Below are positions 1 to 8,874 of a stretch of DNA of 64,000 bases, in pieces; the stretch's first letter is position 1, and each line of letters starts with the position of its first letter. A program made the position numbers and the translations under genes. The notes beneath the pieces are model-generated. The model was not told the origin of the DNA. It did no database searches and was given only the letters and a program-made list of their open reading frames with translations. The stretch spans positions 2,703 through 66,702 of the forward strand of contig JAZDEO010000028.1 in the NCBI GenBank assembly GCA_043808705.1, read 5' to 3'. The DNA is from an archaeon (GTDB taxonomy: Archaea > Nanobdellota > Nanobdellia > SCGC-AAA011-G17 > GW2011-AR20).

Positions 1-5
1 TAAAA

Positions 6-326
6 ATGGAAAAAATAGATGGTTCTGAAAAGAAAAAAGAGTATGAATTTTATAAGAAAGTGATAAATGAGTACAAAAAGAAAGGTGTTACAATAAAGGA
101 TGAGTGGATTAATCAGCTATATGATGTTAATGCAAAAATATGGGATTTAGAGTTCGATTTAAGAAGAGGAAAAGAAGGAGAATTAGGCTTAGAGGAAGTG
201 GGTAAAAGAGCTCTAAAAATACGAGATTTAAATAAGATAAGAATAAGAATAAAAAACGAAATTGTAGAAACTACTGGTTCTGGTTTTAAAGACATTAAAA
301 TGAATCATGCTTCTGCTGAAAATTAA
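6..326 (+). CDS. hypothetical protein (106 aa, K/E-rich)
   Basis: ORF in track; no recognisable motif. Confidence 0.3.
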   Translation: MEKIDGSEKKKEYEFYKKVINEYKKKGVTIKDEWINQLYDVNAKIWDLEFDLRRGKEGELGLEEVGKRALKIRDLNKIRIRIKNEIVETTGSGFKDIKMNHASAEN

Positions 327-395
327 ATAATAAATTTTATACTAAATTCTTGTTATAATAACTTTACAAAATATTGTCTTTAGAAAAAATAGAAT

Positions 396-983
396 TTATC
401 TCGAAGAATCTGATTGTCTTTCAAGTTCTAGCTTCTTTGAAATTGCTTGTGACTGTTGGTTTAAGCCATATGCATTAATTATTTCATCCGCTAGACATTC
501 ATGAAATTTTTTCTTGTTGTTGAATGATCTTTGATAAGAACCCTGAATCATTTGCCTTAATGTTAAATCTATTCTTCTTTGAGGGGAACATTCTACAGCT
601 TGTGGGTATTTTGCTCCACCATATTCTATTGTTGTTATCTCTTCTCTAGGAGCAGCATTTTCTAAGGCCCTAACAAATACTTCTACAGGATTCTTTTTTG
701 TTTTGTCTTCTATAATTTGGAATGTTTGTAAAACAATCTTATAGGCTTTTTGAGCCTTTCCAGTACATCTTCCTGATGTTGTTTTATGTTTTCTTGCTTT
801 ATGGCCTGGAACCATTATCTTATTTATTAGTCTTTCAACTATATTATACTTAGATTTCCAGAATCTCATTTTAACATATCTTCCAGTTGTTTTAACAACT
901 ATTAAGGGATTTAGATTTATGTAATTTCTTAAACCAGGATCCTGTACCTGGATATTTGTATCATATTTGTTAAATAATTTCAT
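396..983 (-). CDS. rps7: 30S ribosomal protein S7 (uS7)
   Basis: Length and conserved blocks typical of archaeal S7 (…VMKSGKKSLA-like core, C-terminal RW/RY tail); adjacent to S12 as in the str operon. Confidence 0.88.
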   Translation of the reverse strand: MKLFNKYDTNIQVQDPGLRNYINLNPLIVVKTTGRYVKMRFWKSKYNIVERLINKIMVPGHKARKHKTTSGRCTGKAQKAYKIVLQTFQIIEDKTKKNPVEVFVRALENAAPREEITTIEYGGAKYPQAVECSPQRRIDLTLRQMIQGSYQRSFNNKKKFHECLADEIINAYGLNQQSQAISKKLELERQSDSSR

Positions 984-1013
984 ATTCTAAATTTATCTTA
1001 TTATTTTTGTTAT

Positions 1014-1451
1014 TTATCTCCTACCCTTTTCTATCTTACCTTTTAATAAGGCATCTAAACTCTGATCATTAACTTTTATGACTTGCCATCTGATACCTGG
1101 GATGTCTCCTTTAGCTCTTCCCATTTTTCCACCAATACATTCTATTAGAACTTCGTCATGTTCATTTATTAATTTTATGGCATTATAACCAGGAACAAAG
1201 GCAGCTACTTTTTTTCCATTCTTGATTAACTGGACTTTTACTATTTTTCTCATAGCTGAGTTTGGCTGCTTGGCCTCTCTTTGTGATTTTTCTAGAACAA
1301 TTCCTTTTGCCTGAGAAGCTCCTTTTAATGGATCTGATTTTGCTTTCAAGTTTAACATCTTTCTAGCATAATATTTATCATTCCATCTAAATTTACTTCT
1401 TCTTTTCTTTAATTTCTTTCCAGCGTTAAGGCCTTTTGACTTATTTCCCAT
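1014..1451 (-). CDS. rps12: 30S ribosomal protein S12 (uS12/S23e)
   Basis: PNSAMRK…[15 protein letters not shown] motifs characteristic of S12. Confidence 0.9.
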   Translation of the reverse strand: MGNKSKGLNAGKKLKKRRSKFRWNDKYYARKMLNLKAKSDPLKGASQAKGIVLEKSQREAKQPNSAMRKIVKVQLIKNGKKVAAFVPGYNAIKLINEHDEVLIECIGGKMGRAKGDIPGIRWQVIKVNDQSLDALLKGKIEKGRR

Positions 1452-1514
1452 TTTATCTTTTCTACTTTTATATTTTTTATTTTTGTTTATTTTTTTATCG
1501 TATCTTTTTATTTA

Positions 1515-1922
1515 TTATCTTATTTTTAAGCTTACCTTAAAATAATGATTTAATATATCATTATATATCTTTAGATTTTTTTGATTTCTTCCAATTAATA
1601 AAGCTTTGGTTTTTGTATCAGCGTTGACTTCAATACAAGAGTTATTAAAATTTATCTCTTGTGGTTTTAAAGGGTATATAAGCTTCTTAAAAAAGTTAAC
1701 AGGATCTGAATTGTATTCTATTATTCTTATTTTCTTTTTGAATAAGTCTGATAATCTTCTTATGTTTGATGCATCCTTGCCTATTGCTTTTCCTATCTCT
1801 CTATCTTCGACAATGAAATTTAATATGCCATTATTTTCAAAATAATTCTTTACTTTAGCTCTCGTTATCTTTTCAAATAGATTTATGTTTTGAATTGTGT
1901 CTTTATCGATTTTATTAAACAT
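1515..1922 (-). CDS. nusA: NusA-like KH-domain transcription factor (archaeal NusA)
   Basis: Two KH-like GKxIGKxGxNIRxL segments; conserved position between L30e and S12. Confidence 0.75.
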   Translation of the reverse strand: MFNKIDKDTIQNINLFEKITRAKVKNYFENNGILNFIVEDREIGKAIGKDASNIRRLSDLFKKKIRIIEYNSDPVNFFKKLIYPLKPQEINFNNSCIEVNADTKTKALLIGRNQKNLKIYNDILNHYFKVSLKIR

Positions 1923-1923
1923 C

Positions 1924-2172
1924 TTAGATACTTAGAACTGATATAGCAAATGGTTTTTTACAAACAATGCCTAGTTCTTCATTATTTTCTTTTAATTCTA
2001 TTAAAGGTATACTGTATAATTTGCAGTAATGTTTTATGTCGTCTTTAACATCCTCATCACAATTAGATGCAATATAAACTTTCTTTACCTTATTCATCTT
2101 TAAATTTTTTAATGTTCTATCTGTGCCTATTATTGCTTTCTTGTTTTTTAACGCTTCTTTAAGTTCTTCCAT
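1924..2172 (-). CDS. rpl30e: 50S ribosomal protein L30e
   Basis: L30e-like sequence (…GIVCKKPFAISVLSI); conserved location upstream of nusA. Confidence 0.8.
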   Translation of the reverse strand: MEELKEALKNKKAIIGTDRTLKNLKMNKVKKVYIASNCDEDVKDDIKHYCKLYSIPLIELKENNEELGIVCKKPFAISVLSI

Positions 2173-2270
2173 CTTCTTTTATTAAGTTATAATTTAAATT
2201 TTTGTTTATTACTCTTATTCTTATTCAATTATATCCCCACTTTATAGAAAGGAGAGTAAATTCAGTGTTT

Positions 2271-2690
2271 TTAAAGGTTACTATCTTTGCTGTCTTTTAA
2301 ATATTTATATATTTTAGGCCATTCTCTTTTTACAAATACCTTTTCCTTTTTGAGCATTAAAGAAAAGCCCTTTCTCTTTAGCTCTTTTGTTACTATGCCG
2401 CCTGCATGAGGATGCTTGTATTTTCTTTCTAGAGGAGAATTAAAACCGTGCATATAATGGGTTAATTCATGAGCAATTGTTATGTCAATTATATATTCAG
2501 GAACTAGTTCATTTTGGAATAAAGAATTTACTACTATTTCTGAATCTTGGCCTATTTTTTTTATATGACCAAATTTTGAGAATGAAGAGCCTTTAAATTT
2601 TATTATTACATTATTTAATTTTGGGGTATCTGGAAATAATAATTCCCATATCTGTTCCAGTCTTTGATTAAGCCATATGTTGTCTCTCAT
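2271..2690 (-). CDS. HExxH zinc metallopeptidase, SprT/DUF45(YgjP)-like
   Basis: IAHELTHYMHGFNSPLERKYKHPH motif (HExxH followed by downstream His). Confidence 0.55.
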   Translation of the reverse strand: MRDNIWLNQRLEQIWELLFPDTPKLNNVIIKFKGSSFSKFGHIKKIGQDSEIVVNSLFQNELVPEYIIDITIAHELTHYMHGFNSPLERKYKHPHAGGIVTKELKRKGFSLMLKKEKVFVKREWPKIYKYLKDSKDSNL

Positions 2691-2756
2691 CAGCAGATTA
2701 AGAAATTTGTCCTTTTAAAAATCTTAGTATTCTTTATTTCTTAGTATTCTTTATTT

Positions 2757-3047
2757 TTAGTAGTCTTGTAATATTTGGTAGCGTGTATCAAAATTTATTT
2801 CAAGGTTTAAAGTTCTAGCCACTTCATATAAACGGGAAGTGTCTATAGAATATTCTATTTGGCCATTAATAGAACTAGAAGAATTAAAACCCAGACCTGT
2901 AAGAGTGCACATATCATCAATAAGATTTTCAGATTCTGCTACTTTTTCTACAGCCAATTCTCCTCTATCAAAATTATCTTGAGATCTAAAGACTAATTTA
3001 AATAAGCCACTCTTTTCTGTTCTTAAAATTGCATAAAAACAAACCAT
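2757..3047 (-). CDS. hypothetical protein (96 aa)
   Basis: ORF only; sits between rpoN and the metallopeptidase. Confidence 0.3.
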   Translation of the reverse strand: MVCFYAILRTEKSGLFKLVFRSQDNFDRGELAVEKVAESENLIDDMCTLTGLGFNSSSSINGQIEYSIDTSRLYEVARTLNLEINFDTRYQILQDY

Positions 3048-3070
3048 ATTAAAAACTCAAGCACTTAATT

Positions 3071-3268
3071 TTAATTTTTTTTGAATTGAGCTATGTCATC
3101 TATCAAATCAACATGACTTGTGAATAATGCTCTACAACAATATCTATCTAAGCCAAGATCATCTAAAACCTTTTTTGGGCTTTCTTTATTTTTTATTCTT
3201 TCTTTGAATTTTTCATAAAGATGTGCTACAGGTTTATTGCAGCTCATACAACGAATAGGAATAATCAT
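3071..3268 (-). CDS. rpoN: DNA-directed RNA polymerase subunit N (Rpo10)
   Basis: MIIPIRCMSCNK…YCCRALFTSHVDLIDDI matches the RpoN/Rpb10 zinc-bundle signature. Confidence 0.88.
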   Translation of the reverse strand: MIIPIRCMSCNKPVAHLYEKFKERIKNKESPKKVLDDLGLDRYCCRALFTSHVDLIDDIAQFKKN

Positions 3269-3329
3269 GGTGTTTTTCCTCCTTAAATATTAAAACAAGA
3301 TAAAATAGGGTTTTATAAAGGTTACTCTT

Positions 3330-4805
3330 TTAATTTTTTAAAATTTTACTTTCTTTGAAATGATTATTATTACCTATTAAATGTTTATAACCTAGGTTTT
3401 CAAGACTATTTTCTTTTCTTACTCTTATTATGACAGAATCACTTACTCTTACTTTATCCATAATTTCTGAGAATTTTACTGTTGGATTTTCTTTATAAAT
3501 ATCAATTATTTTTTGTATCTTTTCCTGAGGAATCTTACATCTTGATTTATTACCTTTGTCAATTTTGTACTTTTTACAAATTCTTCGTACTACACTTTCA
3601 TGAACCCTAAACTGTTTAGCTATTAAATCATTTGATAGATTCATATTTTCTTTAATAAAATCTGCTATTTCATTTCTCTTTTCTTCATCAGTTTTTACTA
3701 CTCTTTCTCCTAGATTATTTTCTTTTAAAACCCTCTGGACTTTTATTTGGCTTACTCCAACTTTTTCAGCTATTTCCAATGTTCTTGTTGTTCCTGAATT
3801 ATACAATTCTATTATCTTTTCTATTTTTTCTTCAGGAATTTTATTCCATATCTTTTTTTCTCCAGTAAAATAACCGGTCTGATTAGAAATATCAGGATAT
3901 TCTTGCATCATAAACAAAAATTTGGAATATTTACTGGGACTTAGGCACATTAATCTTTGTTTAAGAAGTTTGACTAAGTTTTCTCTTTTTGAAATAATCA
4001 TATCCTTATAATCTTTATATTGTTTGATCTCTATTCCAATTTTATTTAAATATTCTTGATATAAATTTCTTTCATCAGAATTATTAGCTGTTAAATGGAT
4101 TCTATATTTTTTACATTTTTTGTCTATTTCCACACAACTTTCTCCTGCTAAAACTCCTTTTATAAAACTAGATATATCCTTTTTATCATAACTATGAAGA
4201 TTATAAGACAAGTTTTTTACATAGCTTTTTATTATTTGACTAAATAATTTGGATTTGTGTTCTATCATTAAAGTTCCATAATAACAATTTTTCAGTTTTG
4301 TATAATTTGAATTTTTGGTGTAAGTAACTGTTTTTGGATATTTAATTTCATCATTTATCTTTGTTTTTGATAACCAGTAATTAATTATTTTATTTTCGAT
4401 CTCTTTTTTGTAATCTAAATCATTTGGTTCTTGCATATTTAATCTAATATACCATCTCCAATTGTTGAAATTTAATTCTAATTCTTTATTGAACCATTCC
4501 ATAACTTTTTTTATTAATCGGTATTCAGAATTAGCAAAGACTAAACAACCGTTATTTGTTTTTCCCATTTCAGCTTGTAATAAACCTAGAACTTCAAATG
4601 TTTCTTCATTACATTTTATTCTTCTTGGTATTGATGTAGAGTGTTCTCTCCAAGAATCGTTAAAATGTTCAGTTATATATGATAAATCAATATAATACTC
4701 TTCAATATTAATATTTAATTTTATTTCTTTTTCATTATCACCAGACAAAATTCTATCTGGAATATACTCTTTTAGATCAATAAATTTTTTGCCCATATTA
4801 GACAA
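3330..4805 (-). CDS. LAGLIDADG-like double-motif nuclease domain fused to three C-terminal HTH repeats (491 aa)
   Basis: Two LAGLIDADG-like segments (LGLLQAEMG at ~aa 73; GVLAGESCV at ~aa 216), each ending in an acidic residue. Three tandem ~50-aa HTH repeats in the C-terminus. Own promoter with conserved upstream motif. Confidence 0.5.
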   Translation of the reverse strand: MSNMGKKFIDLKEYIPDRILSGDNEKEIKLNINIEEYYIDLSYITEHFNDSWREHSTSIPRRIKCNEETFEVLGLLQAEMGKTNNGCLVFANSEYRLIKKVMEWFNKELELNFNNWRWYIRLNMQEPNDLDYKKEIENKIINYWLSKTKINDEIKYPKTVTYTKNSNYTKLKNCYYGTLMIEHKSKLFSQIIKSYVKNLSYNLHSYDKKDISSFIKGVLAGESCVEIDKKCKKYRIHLTANNSDERNLYQEYLNKIGIEIKQYKDYKDMIISKRENLVKLLKQRLMCLSPSKYSKFLFMMQEYPDISNQTGYFTGEKKIWNKIPEEKIEKIIELYNSGTTRTLEIAEKVGVSQIKVQRVLKENNLGERVVKTDEEKRNEIADFIKENMNLSNDLIAKQFRVHESVVRRICKKYKIDKGNKSRCKIPQEKIQKIIDIYKENPTVKFSEIMDKVRVSDSVIIRVRKENSLENLGYKHLIGNNNHFKESKILKN

Positions 4806-4810
4806 TAATA

Positions 4811-4866
4811 AAGACGTTTTAGTTTATAAAGATGGGGGGGCGGAGTTGTCCAGCTGTCCCATATAA
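4811..4866 (-). promoter_or_regulatory. Conserved promoter module copy 1 (GGGACAGCTGGACAA box, 13-nt spacer, TTTATAAA TATA-like box) upstream of the 491-aa HTH gene
   Basis: A ~42-nt stretch matches 63935-63976 base for base on my reading. The GGGACAGCTGGACAA…TTTATAAA core also matches 7188-7242 on the other strand. The TATA-like box ends 24 nt before the ATG. Confidence 0.6.
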
Positions 4867-4913
4867 TAGAATATAGATGATAAAAATGAGAAATATTTAT
4901 ATTTGTTACTACT

Positions 4914-5312
4914 TCAGCGATACGATTTTTGGCGTTTTGCCCTTGCCTTAGAATCATTTGGTTTTCGCTGTTCTTTTCTTCTAATATCTGCTACTAAAAG
5001 CTGTCTATCATAGTCTAAAAACGCTTTTTCAATTCTTTTATCTTGTGTAAATTCAACTATAGCTCTTGCAATAGCTAATCTAATTGCTTCAGACTGAGAG
5101 CGCCATCCTCCACCTCTGACATTAACATCTAATTTTATTTTTTTTGAAATATCTCCAGCTAATATTAAAGGTTCCATTATTTTATCTCGAGCAAATACAG
5201 GATTATAATTACCCAGTAAATTATTATTTATTCTAACTAAGCCTTTGCCTTCCCTTATTGTGGCTCTAGCAATTGCTTTTTTCCTTTTTCCTGACACATG
5301 CACAATTTTCAT
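4914..5312 (-). CDS. rps9: 30S ribosomal protein S9 (uS9)
   Basis: GGGWRSQSEAIRLAIARA…C-terminal KRQKSYR tail typical of S9. Confidence 0.9.
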   Translation of the reverse strand: MKIVHVSGKRKKAIARATIREGKGLVRINNNLLGNYNPVFARDKIMEPLILAGDISKKIKLDVNVRGGGWRSQSEAIRLAIARAIVEFTQDKRIEKAFLDYDRQLLVADIRRKEQRKPNDSKARAKRQKSYR

Positions 5313-5316
5313 ATTT

Positions 5317-5733
5317 TTATACTTCCTTACCTAATAATTTTGCCAAATCTTTAACATAAATAAACCTGAGATTTTTTAATTTTTCCATATTTGCCTTTTT
5401 AATTGTTTCAAACTTTTGATCTTTGAATGAATCTGGAATGCCATTATAACATTTTATGTTCTTAAAGGCTTCTTTTCCTCTAAATTCTCTATGGGAAAGC
5501 ATGCCTCTTATAGTTCTCTTTACTATCTTATCTGAACTTCTTGATAGAAATGGGCCTTTAAATGGTGTTCCCATTTTTATTCTTTTTTCATACTTTTCTA
5601 AGATATTTTCTTTACTGCCAGTTATTACTGCTTTTTCACAATTTATTATATGAATCTCTTCACCTAATAATGCTTGTTTAGCAGCATAACTAGATAATCT
5701 TCCCAAAATTAAATTTTCGGCGTTTATTATCAT
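5317..5733 (-). CDS. rpl13: 50S ribosomal protein L13 (uL13)
   Basis: IINAENLILGRLSSYAAKQ… L13 N-terminal signature; L13-S9 pair. Confidence 0.88.
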   Translation of the reverse strand: MIINAENLILGRLSSYAAKQALLGEEIHIINCEKAVITGSKENILEKYEKRIKMGTPFKGPFLSRSSDKIVKRTIRGMLSHREFRGKEAFKNIKCYNGIPDSFKDQKFETIKKANMEKLKNLRFIYVKDLAKLLGKEV

Positions 5734-5734
5734 T

Positions 5735-5947
5735 TTAATCTTTATATTGGTCTAATTGATAATCTTCTACTGTCTGCTGTCTTTTTTGTGATATGTATCT
5801 AACTTTTCCTGTATCATATCTTAGTCTTTCTGTTTCATCTACAATAAGGTTTGGATCCTCTATTCCAGCTGGTCCACCATCAAATATTAAATTAGGATTT
5901 ACTTTATGAACTAATGTTCTTTGTTGTTTATTTAACATTTTAACCAA
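5735..5947 (-). CDS. hypothetical small protein (70 aa)
   Basis: ORF between L18e and L13, overlaps L18e by 8 nt; no motif recognised. Confidence 0.25.
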   Translation of the reverse strand: MVKMLNKQQRTLVHKVNPNLIFDGGPAGIEDPNLIVDETERLRYDTGKVRYISQKRQQTVEDYQLDQYKD

Positions 5948-6299
5948 TTATCCTTACCTTTTTTCCTTTTTTGTTTTTACTTATTAATTCTTGAATTGAA
6001 ATGGCTTTTCCATTTTTACTTATTTTTTTTAAAGCTTCTGTTGAAAATTGATAAGCAGCTATTGTTATTTTTTTATCTAAACTGCCTAAACTTAAAACCT
6101 TTCCAGGAACTATTGCTGTTTCATCTTCTTTAGTGTATTTATTTATTTTGTATAAGTTAACTTTTCTTCTTTGCCTTGTTGGCCTTTCTAATTCATAAGC
6201 AATTCTTTTCCACAAAGCAACTTTTTCCTTACTAGCTAATATTTTTAGATCTCTAATTAAGTTCTGAAGTTCTAATGTTTGTGGACCTGTTCTTTTCAT
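5940..6299 (-). CDS. rpl18e: 50S ribosomal protein L18e (eL18)
   Basis: …VNLYKINKYTKEDETAIVPGKVLSLGSLDKKITIAA… matches eL18 core; position between rpoD and L13. Confidence 0.82.
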   Translation of the reverse strand: MKRTGPQTLELQNLIRDLKILASKEKVALWKRIAYELERPTRQRRKVNLYKINKYTKEDETAIVPGKVLSLGSLDKKITIAAYQFSTEALKKISKNGKAISIQELISKNKKGKKVRIIG

Positions 6300-6308
6300 T
6301 TTTTATTT

Positions 6309-7085
6309 TTATTTTAATTTCTTGAATTTCTTTTCAAATTCATCTATTTTTTCATTAAGCATAACCATAGATCTTGTTAGAATTTCTTTAGGTGTCAATT
6401 GACCCCAGGATTCTATAAAGAATATGAATTTGTCTCTTGAACTTGCTACTGATATTTTTTCTGAAGATACATCAACGCATGCTTTACAGGCATCACAATT
6501 CTCTATGTTTTTTATTTCTAGTTTATTATCAAATGAAAATACATTTTTAGGACATACCTCAAAGGCTGCCCTTTCATTATAATTATTTAATTTTATTGAA
6601 GGATATTGTCTATAATATGTTAAACATGGACTAAATTTTGTATGTTTTCTTCCAACATCAAGAACAGCTATTGCTTCTAATTCTAAAGACTGGTTTGCTA
6701 ATAATTTTACTATAGGCATTTCAGGATAAACAGGAATACATTTTGGATCTTTGCTCTTTAAATCAGATGCATAAACAGTACAGGGACCTTTTACCTTTAG
6801 TGTAAATTTTAATTCACATAATGCACAACCTTTTCTACTGCATTTACATTGATCTTTTATATTGAAAGATTTAAGGTCTGTTTTTATTGGAATTAACCCC
6901 AATCTATGAGCAAGAATTTCATCATATAATGCTGATTCATTTTTTTCAAAAGTTACAACATCTATAGCTAAACAAGGTGTTTCAAACATTGTTGCTCTTC
7001 TAATTGTATTTGCAATAGTTGGATTTATTTTGTCTAGTATAAATATTAATTTGTTATCTTCTTTTTTTATGACTTTAAGTTCCAT
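6309..7085 (-). CDS. rpoD: DNA-directed RNA polymerase subunit D (Rpo3) with 4Fe-4S-type Cys cluster
   Basis: N-terminal dimerisation domain plus Cys-rich insert (CxxC…CxxC…C) typical of archaeal RpoD. Confidence 0.85.
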   Translation of the reverse strand: MELKVIKKEDNKLIFILDKINPTIANTIRRATMFETPCLAIDVVTFEKNESALYDEILAHRLGLIPIKTDLKSFNIKDQCKCSRKGCALCELKFTLKVKGPCTVYASDLKSKDPKCIPVYPEMPIVKLLANQSLELEAIAVLDVGRKHTKFSPCLTYYRQYPSIKLNNYNERAAFEVCPKNVFSFDNKLEIKNIENCDACKACVDVSSEKISVASSRDKFIFFIESWGQLTPKEILTRSMVMLNEKIDEFEKKFKKLK

Positions 7086-7187
7086 CTTAAGATACTTTCA
7101 AAAATTCGGGTTTAAAAATCTTTCTGAAATGAAGGTTTTTTGTTATTTAATCCTTTAAATAATAATACTTTAACATATATATTACAA

Positions 7188-7242
7188 CATATGGGACAGC
7201 TGGACAAATCATCGAAGAAGCTTTATAAACTAAAAAGTCTTA
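7188..7242 (+). promoter_or_regulatory. Conserved promoter module copy 3 (TATGGGACAGCTGGACAA, 13-nt spacer, CTTTATAAACTAAAAAGTCTT) upstream of the 388-aa HTH gene
   Basis: Aligns with the reverse complement of copies 1 and 2, with the same 13-nt spacer to the TATA-like box. A Shine-Dalgarno-like AGGAGGT lies 5 nt before the ATG at 7295. Confidence 0.6.
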
Positions 7243-7294
7243 ATACTATCGTCGTTATTGAGAGGAAATATTCTTGATAAAATAGGAGGTAAAA

Positions 7295-8461
7295 ATGGAA
7301 TTTTCTAAGGATCTTAGGGAATTAAACCAGGATGAATTTAAGAGGGTTTATGATTATTTAAAAGAAAAAACAAATGATTTCTCTTTTGTTTCTCCTCAAG
7401 TATTATTAGAAAATAATCAATATATGTTAATTTTTCGCATCTGTTTAGGAATGTCTCAAAGGAGTCTAGCTGAATTTATTGGCGTTACTAAAGATTGTTG
7501 CAGGCACATAGAATCAAAAAGATTAAGAATAATCAGCCTAAATAAAGTTAAAAGATACTCAGAAAAAATAAATGAATTAATATCAAACAAAAAAATAAGT
7601 TTTGATAATACTTTATTACACTGGGAAAATTATAATAAATTTCAAAAAAATCAAGTGTTCAAACCTAAATTAATTTTGAGGTCATTTAATGAATTACAAG
7701 TAAAAGATTTAAAAAAGTATTATAAGATACTATTAAACAAAACAAATAATTTTCAAAACATAACGCCGAATTTGATTATGGATGTTCCACAGATAATAGT
7801 TCTTTTAAGAGTCGCTGGATGTATTACATGTTTGAAGATTTCTAAACTTAAAATAGTTTCCCAAAAGAGTTTAAACAATTACGAGAAATTAAAATCTACT
7901 ATTAAGCTCCAAACAGCAAATAAATTCTCAAAATTCTTTAATGAACTGTTTGTTAATAATAAACCAGATTATCAAAAATTTGTGGAGAACTTTAGAATTT
8001 TAAAGGGTTTTTACGGATGCCGTGACTTAAATTTTTTAGTAGAACAAGGATTAAACAGAATGGCAAAAATAAATCCCAACCAATATGAAGATGAGATTGC
8101 TGAGTTGTTAAATAAAAATAATATTAAATTTGAAAAACACAAAATCTTGGATGGGTTAAAGACTAAGTCTAATGTTGATTTTTATATTAAAGAGAAAAAT
8201 ATAGTTATGGAAGTATTTTCTTATAACAGTAAAAAAAGAAGTGATATTAAACTAAAAGCTTGTTTTGTTGATCATAGGTTTCAATCTCTAAAATTAAAAG
8301 AACCTTGTAGGAAAACAATAATATGCATAAAAATTTATGGTAAACCTATATTACATGATTATGTAAAAAGGTATTTGACAATGGACTTAATTAATACAGA
8401 TTTTTTGTTTCTTAATAATGAAATAGAAAATCTTGCAAAAACAATCAAAGAAAATTTGTAA
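7295..8461 (+). CDS. XRE-type HTH protein with an uncharacterised C-terminal domain (388 aa)
   Basis: N-terminal LGMSQRSLAEFIGVTKDCCRHIES looks like an XRE helix-turn-helix. The C-terminus (…VDFYIKEKNIVMEVFSYNSKK…) is a possible PD-(D/E)xK-like segment. The gene is inserted between rpoD and rps11. Confidence 0.45.
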   Translation: MEFSKDLRELNQDEFKRVYDYLKEKTNDFSFVSPQVLLENNQYMLIFRICLGMSQRSLAEFIGVTKDCCRHIESKRLRIISLNKVKRYSEKINELISNKKISFDNTLLHWENYNKFQKNQVFKPKLILRSFNELQVKDLKKYYKILLNKTNNFQNITPNLIMDVPQIIVLLRVAGCITCLKISKLKIVSQKSLNNYEKLKSTIKLQTANKFSKFFNELFVNNKPDYQKFVENFRILKGFYGCRDLNFLVEQGLNRMAKINPNQYEDEIAELLNKNNIKFEKHKILDGLKTKSNVDFYIKEKNIVMEVFSYNSKKRSDIKLKACFVDHRFQSLKLKEPCRKTIICIKIYGKPILHDYVKRYLTMDLINTDFLFLNNEIENLAKTIKENL

Positions 8462-8472
8462 CTACTGTTAAG

Positions 8473-8874
8473 TCACACACGGCGGCCTCTTCGGTAGTGA
8501 GATTTTCTGCAGCCGTCCGTCGGAAACGGTGTTATATCCTCAATGCTTCCTATTCTGAAACCTTCCCTTGATAATGTTCTTACTGCTGCCTGAGCACCAG
8601 GGCCTGGATTTGAAGGACCTTCATGACCGCCAGGAGCTTTTATCTTAACATGTAAAGCATTAATGCCGTGTTCCTTAGCAATTTCTCCTGCTCTTTTTGC
8701 AGCTGCCATCGCTGCTGTTGGAGAACTCTCTAGTCTATGAGTCTTAACTACCATTCCTCCAGATGCTTTAGCAAGAGTTTCAGATCCTGTTATATCGGTA
8801 ATATGAATTATGGTATTATTATAAGAAGCATAAATATATACTAATCCCCATTTTAATTGTTTATCCCTATCCAT
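8473..8874 (-). CDS. rps11: 30S ribosomal protein S11 (uS11)
   Basis: …[27 protein letters not shown]… S11 signature; locally GC-enriched conserved coding. Confidence 0.9.
   Translation of the reverse strand: MDRDKQLKWGLVYIYASYNNTIIHITDITGSETLAKASGGMVVKTHRLESSPTAAMAAAKRAGEIAKEHGINALHVKIKAPGGHEGPSNPGPGAQAAVRTLSREGFRIGSIEDITPFPTDGCRKSHYRRGRRV

Noticed and set aside
4823-4865. G-rich conserved box as a tRNA half or small-RNA gene
   Set aside because: No internal complementarity for a stable fold. Fixed distance to a TATA-like box and to start codons in three contexts fits a protein-binding promoter element better.
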